From positions 722,262 through 786,261 of the forward strand of contig JACPJU010000001.1 in the NCBI GenBank assembly GCA_016187385.1: DNA of 64,000 bases. Direction: 5' to 3'. Both the position numbers and the translations under genes were made by a program. Of the stretch, positions 59,347 through 64,000 are shown in pieces. Source of the DNA: Candidatus Aenigmatarchaeota archaeon. Lineage in GTDB: Archaea > Aenigmatarchaeota > Aenigmatarchaeia > CG10238-14 > SCSR01. Under the pieces are notes generated by a model. It saw nothing but the letters and a program-made list of their open reading frames with translations. It did not search any database and was not told the origin of the DNA. Within the stretch, counting starts at the first letter, position 1. Every line of letters begins with the position of its first letter.

Positions 59347-59667
59347 ATGGGCGAACTCGTTCCAATAGGTCGACTGTCTGATTTTCCAGAAGGCAAGATG
59401 AAGAAGGTATTCATCAAAGGAAAGGAACTGCTGGTTGCCAATATTGGCGGGACTTTTTATTCTATTGATGACATCTGCACGCATGAAGAATGTTCTCTGG
59501 CAGACGGATTTCTGAGAGGGGAAGTTGTCACTTGTCCATGCCATTTGGCCCAGTTCAATGTCAAGACAGGGGATGTTGTCCAGAGACCTGCTACAGGGGA
59601 AGAGATAGATTCAGAACCTACTTTTAATATTAAAGTCGAGAAAGATCAAGTTTTTGTAGAAATCTAA
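59347..59667 (+). CDS. Rieske [2Fe-2S] domain ferredoxin-like protein
   Basis: CTHEEC (C-x-H) and CPCH (C-x-C-H) Rieske boxes about 17 aa apart. Confidence 0.75.
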   Translation: MGELVPIGRLSDFPEGKMKKVFIKGKELLVANIGGTFYSIDDICTHEECSLADGFLRGEVVTCPCHLAQFNVKTGDVVQRPATGEEIDSEPTFNIKVEKDQVFVEI

Positions 59668-59901
59668 CCGCTTCTAAGCTTGATTACCATAAAGATGACC
59701 AAGCCTATCACCAGTAATCCTACCACCGCAAAAATACCCATGTAAGGTGAAACGAGAAATTTCGGCACTGAGATTACTTTCGTGAAGGCAACTATAGTCA
59801 TTATCAGAGGCACCAATAGTACTATTCCAGCTAATACCATTTTAACTAATGGTTAGTTTCATTTAGGCGCTTTTATAGTTTCCCTTTTTTTGTTATCTCT
59901 A

Positions 59902-60006
59902 AGCCTCAGTCGGGAATTGCACCCGAGACCTCGTTTGTAATCTTTTGATGCTTACCATGCTTGCGCCGCATAAACGTACGCGCTCTACTGACTGAGCTAC
60001 TGAGGC
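59902..60006 (-). tRNA. Intron-containing tRNA (~105 nt), isotype unresolved
   Basis: Acceptor GCCTCAG/CTGAGGC, D-arm TAGCTCAGTCAGTAGAGC, T-arm TCGGGTGCAATTCCCGA. ~30 nt of extra sequence in the anticodon region. One fold gives anticodon stem CGTTT/AAACG and anticodon GCG (Arg) but leaves 4-5 unexplained nt after the D-arm. Confidence 0.55.
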
Positions 60007-60074
60007 ATTATCTAAGCTTATGAATTTTCAAGAATAATACTTTACCGTTCGGTCACTGGTCGATTTATATATAT

Positions 60075-60356
60075 TTACTCTTCTACCTTGTAGACAACAT
60101 CGCCAGGCCGTACCATGTCAGGCACCTTCAGGCCAATGGCATCTCCCCTACGAGCTGTCTTTACCGTTTTGTGCTCTATCTGCATGCTATCGACTACCTG
60201 CTGGATGTTTGTTGTTGCACCCTCGATGGAAATCCTGTCGCCGTATTCCAAGTCATCATCAAGCTCAATTATCGCCACGCCAAGCTTGCCGTAGTAATGA
60301 GTCACCTTGCCAATGAGTTTCTTGTCTTCCATAATTAATTTTCGTCTGATGGACAT
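60075..60356 (-). CDS. Small EF-Tu domain-2-like beta-barrel protein
   Basis: ...GDAIGLKVPDMVRPGDVVYKVEE resembles the translation-factor beta-barrel domain. Confidence 0.45.
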   Translation of the reverse strand: MSIRRKLIMEDKKLIGKVTHYYGKLGVAIIELDDDLEYGDRISIEGATTNIQQVVDSMQIEHKTVKTARRGDAIGLKVPDMVRPGDVVYKVEE

Positions 60357-60380
60357 AAAAGATTATGGTTTGTTGGATTT

Positions 60381-60436
60381 GTCGTACGTACGACATTGCA
60401 ATGTAACACGTGTTACAATGTCCCAGCTGGGACATT
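60381..60436. promoter_or_regulatory. Chain of four overlapping perfect palindromes: GTCGTACGTACGAC, ACATTGCAATGT, TGTAACACGTGTTACA, AATGTCCCAGCTGGGACATT
   Basis: Read directly: 14-, 12-, 16- and 20-nt perfect palindromes, each overlapping the next by 1-3 nt; located between tRNA-Leu(GAG) 3' end and the start of gene 60075-60356. Confidence 0.5.
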
Positions 60437-60464
60437 CAAAATTTTCTACATTTATATATTTTAG

Positions 60465-60563
60465 TGCAGGGGGTGGGATTTGAACCCACGGACTCACTAA
60501 GAGACTGGCATTTTGACGTATGTCCTCAAGCCAGCGGAATTGACCAGGCTATCCGACCCCTGC
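60465..60563 (-). tRNA. tRNA-Leu(GAG) with ~13-nt intron and long variable arm
   Basis: Acceptor GCAGGGG/CCCCTGC (same as Leu-TAG at 29097), anticodon stem CTGGC/GCCAG, loop TTGAGG + intron, T-arm GTGGGTTCAAATCCCAC. Confidence 0.75.
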
Positions 60564-60636
60564 ATGATTAATTATTGCACTATAGGATTTAACTTCTTTG
60601 CAAAGTTTTATAAATCCCACGGCTTAAAAATGATAT

Positions 60637-61029
60637 ATGCGGAATTTGAGGTCGGATACAATCGAAGCTGCCAAGGCGTATACGAACAAATCCGAATATA
60701 CTGAACAACAGGAAGAATTGGAAAGATTTCTAGGTGCTGTCGACTCGTACCTGAAGACACATGAAAATATTACAGAAGAAAATGTTGACAACTTTCAAGC
60801 AAACATAAACGCACAACACAAAATTCGCGACATTTACCCATATTATGCGGAAAACGTGGCCGTGTGGATGAGGTACTCGCCATCCGAACTCAGGACTTAC
60901 AAACAATTGCAGAAAAGAGGACATGCCGATATACCGGTAAAAGTCCAAAGAGGGCACGGTCCTCGTATTGGAATTTCTGATGATCAGAACTCTTCATGGT
61001 CGAAGGCTGTAAAGGCTAGTGAAGACTGA
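60637..61029 (+). CDS. Hypothetical protein
   Basis: 130-aa ORF. Confidence 0.3.
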   Translation: MRNLRSDTIEAAKAYTNKSEYTEQQEELERFLGAVDSYLKTHENITEENVDNFQANINAQHKIRDIYPYYAENVAVWMRYSPSELRTYKQLQKRGHADIPVKVQRGHGPRIGISDDQNSSWSKAVKASED

Positions 61030-61138
61030 TTTGCAGATTCCTGTCTCATATGAAAAAAAATTGCATAGGTTTAAATGTTTATAATACTATATAATTTTAG
61101 CTTTTGTAAATCTCGAACGACTAAAAGGATGATGGAAG

Positions 61139-61396
61139 ATGGTGATTAATTTCATAAACTTGTTGTTGACGTTAGACCGGTATACAGGTGGTTTCTACTC
61201 TGAACACCGAAGAAGAGAATACGAAAGAAAGAGAAATGAATTGTATGAAGCAGCATTTAAAGGAGATTACAAAGGGGTGTTAATACCGCCAGATATAAGA
61301 CAAAAATGGTTGCGTTCAGGAATAAATAGACTTAATCAGGAATATTTCGATCAGTCATATAGAAGAGTGACACGAACAGCTCTGGCACAAGAGTAA
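61139..61396 (+). CDS. Hypothetical protein
   Basis: 85-aa ORF. Confidence 0.3.
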   Translation: MVINFINLLLTLDRYTGGFYSEHRRREYERKRNELYEAAFKGDYKGVLIPPDIRQKWLRSGINRLNQEYFDQSYRRVTRTALAQE

Positions 61397-61585
61397 TTAA
61401 GTGGGTAATTACATCTTCTTTTTACCTTTCTTGGATTTTCCCGTGTGAGCAGCGCATGTCATGCACATAGAATTGTCACCTGTATATAATACCAAAGCCC
61501 GCCTTAAATAATTATGTGTGTTTGAAAGTATGAAATTCTAGTTCATACCTGTAAAGATTATAAGCATAGCAATGCCAATAATTGT

Positions 61586-61948
61586 GTGGGGTCTAAACCA
61601 AAATACAAGGAAATTTTTAATTTGGTGGATTTCCTCCAGCTTACGCCCAGTGAAGTCAAAATCTACAAGAGATTATTTTCCAAACCTATGACTATAAACG
61701 ACTTGAAAAAGCTGCGCATCTCAGAACGCATGATCAGAAATGATATAAAAATGATGCTGAAGAAAGGATTTGTCCAAAGAAGTTCGGTGATAAAGAACAG
61801 CCGCCTCCAGTACGTCTACATTGCCGCATTGCCCCTGATTACGCTGAAACTTATAAGGGATGTGGCTGTAAATGCCGACAAATTGATGACAAGTTACACG
61901 GACAAAATGCTCAAGGAAGCAAAGAAACATATTTCAAAAATCAAATAA
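61586..61948 (+). CDS. Putative winged-HTH transcriptional regulator
   Basis: ...MTINDLKKLRISERMIRNDIKMMLKKGFVQRS helix-turn-helix-like segment. Confidence 0.4.
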   Translation: MGSKPKYKEIFNLVDFLQLTPSEVKIYKRLFSKPMTINDLKKLRISERMIRNDIKMMLKKGFVQRSSVIKNSRLQYVYIAALPLITLKLIRDVAVNADKLMTSYTDKMLKEAKKHISKIK

Positions 61949-61975
61949 TATTCTTTAAATGTAAAGTCGGATAAC

Positions 61976-62233
61976 ATGGAAGACGAAGGCAACGAAAAAA
62001 AGGACATAAAGCTCGCCGAATTCAAGCTGAGGGACACGTCAGTTCTGGTCATAAAAAAGACCACATTCGACGGCGAGGACAGGATAGATTTCAGGGTGTG
62101 GATGAATTCCCCGAAATACAAAGGTCCCACAAAACAGGGATTCGTGCTGACGATGGACAAGATCGACGACTTTATCAAGACTGTCGAGACCATGAAAGAA
62201 AAGTTGAAAGGCGCCGGGAAAAAATCCAAATGA
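61976..62233 (+). CDS. Hypothetical protein
   Basis: 85-aa ORF. Confidence 0.3.
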   Translation: MEDEGNEKKDIKLAEFKLRDTSVLVIKKTTFDGEDRIDFRVWMNSPKYKGPTKQGFVLTMDKIDDFIKTVETMKEKLKGAGKKSK

Positions 62234-62235
62234 AA

Positions 62236-62718
62236 TTAAGAAATGTCCACTATCCTTATCTTGAAGTTCAGCACCTTTCCCGCGAAGGGATGGTTCAAAT
62301 CGACAGTCACTGTTTCGTCGCTCACTTTTGTTATCTTTCCGGGAACCTGTCCGCCGCTTGGCGTTCTCATTACTATGTCCATTCCCACAGTCGGTTCTAC
62401 AGACAATCTGTCCCTTGCTATTTCATGGACCAATGAAGGATCATAATCGCCATATGCTTCCGACGGTTGCAATTTTATTTCCTTTTCCTCGCCCACCTTC
62501 ATTCCTATGACGGCGTTGTCAAAACCTTGTATCATCTGACCTTCACCTGCCTCGAACTCCAGCGGCTCTCTTTCTTCCGACGAATCGAAAATAGTTCCGT
62601 CATCCAATGTTCCCGTGTAATGGACTTTTACCGTGTCTCCTGTTTTTACCGCCATGCCGCTAACACATCCACTAAGGAAAATTATCGAGATTACAGAAAT
62701 AACTAACAGTTTGTTCAT
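62236..62718 (-). CDS. FKBP-type peptidyl-prolyl cis-trans isomerase, lipoprotein-like
   Basis: Signal plus LSGC; FKBP core ...KVHYTGTLDDGTIFDSS...GEGQMIQGFDNAVIGMKVGEEK... Confidence 0.8.
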   Translation of the reverse strand: MNKLLVISVISIIFLSGCVSGMAVKTGDTVKVHYTGTLDDGTIFDSSEEREPLEFEAGEGQMIQGFDNAVIGMKVGEEKEIKLQPSEAYGDYDPSLVHEIARDRLSVEPTVGMDIVMRTPSGGQVPGKITKVSDETVTVDLNHPFAGKVLNFKIRIVDIS

Positions 62719-62751
62719 ACCAACTATAATGCACTTGATTTTTTAAGTGTT

Positions 62752-63675
62752 TCAGCTATGTGTAATCTTTCCACTGCCGACTATCCGCATTGCCTGAGAT
62801 TCCGGTTTCAAAATCACGCAGATGTCATCTTTGTCGAATGCAGCAGGCTTGACCAGTGACAGTTTCATCGGATTCAACGACAGTATCTTAGCCGCCCTTG
62901 TTTGGAGTCCTATGCTGACTAGAAACGTCTGGTTTTCCTGTATTTCTTCCCTGAAATATTTGTTCCGGGAATATTCCAATGTAATCTCCTGCGAGACCTT
63001 CACTGAATTTTGAGTGCAGAGGACATCTCCTCTCTGGACATCTGATGACGTCACGCCTTTGGCTGAAAGCCCCACGCGCGCTGGAGATACTGCTTCTGTT
63101 GCATTGTCATCGTGCATCTGTATCGATTTTATCATGACGTCACTTCCTTCCGGCATCAGTTTGAGATTGTCGTACTGGTGGACCTTACCATGGGAGACTC
63201 TCCCCAAAACAACAGTTCCAACGCCCTTTACATCAAAACAATGGTCTACCACGATTCTGGTATCGCCTTCATTGGATATCGGATTGAGTGCGTCAACCTC
63301 GCTTTTCAGATTTTCCACGTCAACTATTTTGTAATTTTCAACCACGGTCCCCTTTGTCATTTCAATGAGCTTGGCTCTGTCGACATCGTACGAATGGCAG
63401 AGCAATCCACGCGTCTTTTCCATGATATCTAGGGCAAGAATCTGCTCGCCTGTGAATTTGTCGAGTCTTGTCACGTACAGTATTACATATTCGCCCATGT
63501 TTATCGCCTGGAAGAGTGACTGTATCTTTTCCGGGAAGCTTGTGGGACAGGTGAATGTTCTTATAATGTCTGCATCCTTCCTGTCGTAGATTGTTATGTC
63601 TGTGGAAGTGCCTTTCTTGCCGAGATTTCCTGCTATTGACTCGTCTCCGAGAAGTGTGAAATTTATTGATTTCAT
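62752..63675 (-). CDS. EF-Tu/SelB-like protein with a degenerate G domain and intact beta-barrel domain 2
   Basis: N-terminus INFTLLGDESIAGNLGKKGT is a decayed version of the GHVDHGKT P-loop. Middle ...GVGTVVLGRVSHGKVHQYDNLKLMP matches EF-Tu domain 2. Confidence 0.5.
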   Translation of the reverse strand: MKSINFTLLGDESIAGNLGKKGTSTDITIYDRKDADIIRTFTCPTSFPEKIQSLFQAINMGEYVILYVTRLDKFTGEQILALDIMEKTRGLLCHSYDVDRAKLIEMTKGTVVENYKIVDVENLKSEVDALNPISNEGDTRIVVDHCFDVKGVGTVVLGRVSHGKVHQYDNLKLMPEGSDVMIKSIQMHDDNATEAVSPARVGLSAKGVTSSDVQRGDVLCTQNSVKVSQEITLEYSRNKYFREEIQENQTFLVSIGLQTRAAKILSLNPMKLSLVKPAAFDKDDICVILKPESQAMRIVGSGKITHS

Positions 63676-63721
63676 CTTTAAAACATATTCTTTTAGGATT
63701 TAAGTTGTGATGTTAAAAGAA

Positions 63722-63836
63722 TGCTCCCAGCGGGATTTGAACCCGCGTTGCCAGATTTCTTCTTTCATCTCAGATATCGAATCTTTCGAATTCAATCGAA
63801 AGCCTGGAGTCCTTGGCCGGGCTAGACGATAGGAGC
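63722..63836 (-). tRNA. tRNA-Glu(TTC) with ~40-nt intron at 37/38
   Basis: Acceptor GCTCCTA/TGGGAGC, anticodon stem CCAGG/TCTGG, loop CTTTCGA + intron, T-arm GCGGGTTCAAATCCCGC. Confidence 0.75.
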
Positions 63837-64000
63837 CTAAAAAGATAGTTCATTTACTAATATAAACAACCACCAGTATAAAACTGGTGGTATTAGTAAC
63901 CTTGGTTTCTGACATAGCTACTGATGTTCTCTGGGTCTTGTCCAGTCTGTCCGATTGAATCGAAGTAAATCATTGGAGACCACAATCCCGAGCCCCAGAA

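Noticed and set aside
59664-59840. 58-aa two-helix hydrophobic minus-strand ORF (MVLAGIVLLVPLIMTIVAF...) between the Rieske gene and the tRNA
   Set aside because: Plausible small membrane protein, but its stop overlaps the convergent Rieske stop and AT-rich hydrophobic ORFs arise easily by chance; not listed as a feature.
61430-61500. 19-codon Cys-containing minus-strand ORF MCMTCAAHTGKSKKGKKKM
   Set aside because: Too short and without a convincing family (resembles but does not match small basic ribosomal proteins).
1-64000. CRISPR arrays, rRNA genes, IS/transposase or integrase genes
   Set aside because: No regularly spaced direct repeats with unique spacers, no rRNA-like conserved stretches, and no ORF with transposase/integrase motifs (DDE, tyrosine recombinase R..H..R..Y) were seen on either strand.

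Overview
This 64-kb window reads as a low-GC archaeal chromosome segment, probably a thaumarchaeon (Nitrososphaerota); the lineage call is inference. Supporting evidence: seven tRNA genes all carrying introns, replication factor C small and large subunits, ribosomal proteins eL37 and uL16 (L10e), a PEF-CTERM sorting-signal protein, and cupredoxin-like lipoproteins. Coding density is high on both strands, with several 4-nt start/stop overlaps typical of operons. Core metabolism: a complete SUF Fe-S assembly operon (HTH regulator-sufC-sufB-sufD-sufS-sufU), GTP-dependent PEP carboxykinase co-transcribed with aspartate aminotransferase, GMP synthase, bacterial-type SAM synthetase, and an inositol-monophosphatase/FBPase-family enzyme. 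A dTMP-related cluster contains two dCTP-deaminase paralogs flanking a long thymidylate-synthase-family gene, plus a UPF0200-like nucleotide kinase. Accessory content is rich and scattered. There are many toxin-antitoxin-like modules: VapBC, HEPN/MNT, RelE with a convergent Phd-like gene, an orphan Doc/Fic, PIN and NYN domain proteins. A Mrr-like restriction-nuclease-domain gene sits in an AT-rich island beside tRNA-Glu. Secreted and surface proteins include a Cys-rich triple-repeat PEF-CTERM protein, a metzincin with a CARDB-like tail, a Tat-LysM protein and a 659-aa Gly-rich tail-fibre-like repeat protein. No CRISPR array, rRNA or obvious transposase was seen. The most unusual non-coding signal is a 56-nt chain of four overlapping perfect palindromes (60381-60436) between tRNA-Leu(GAG) and a small EF-Tu-domain-like gene.
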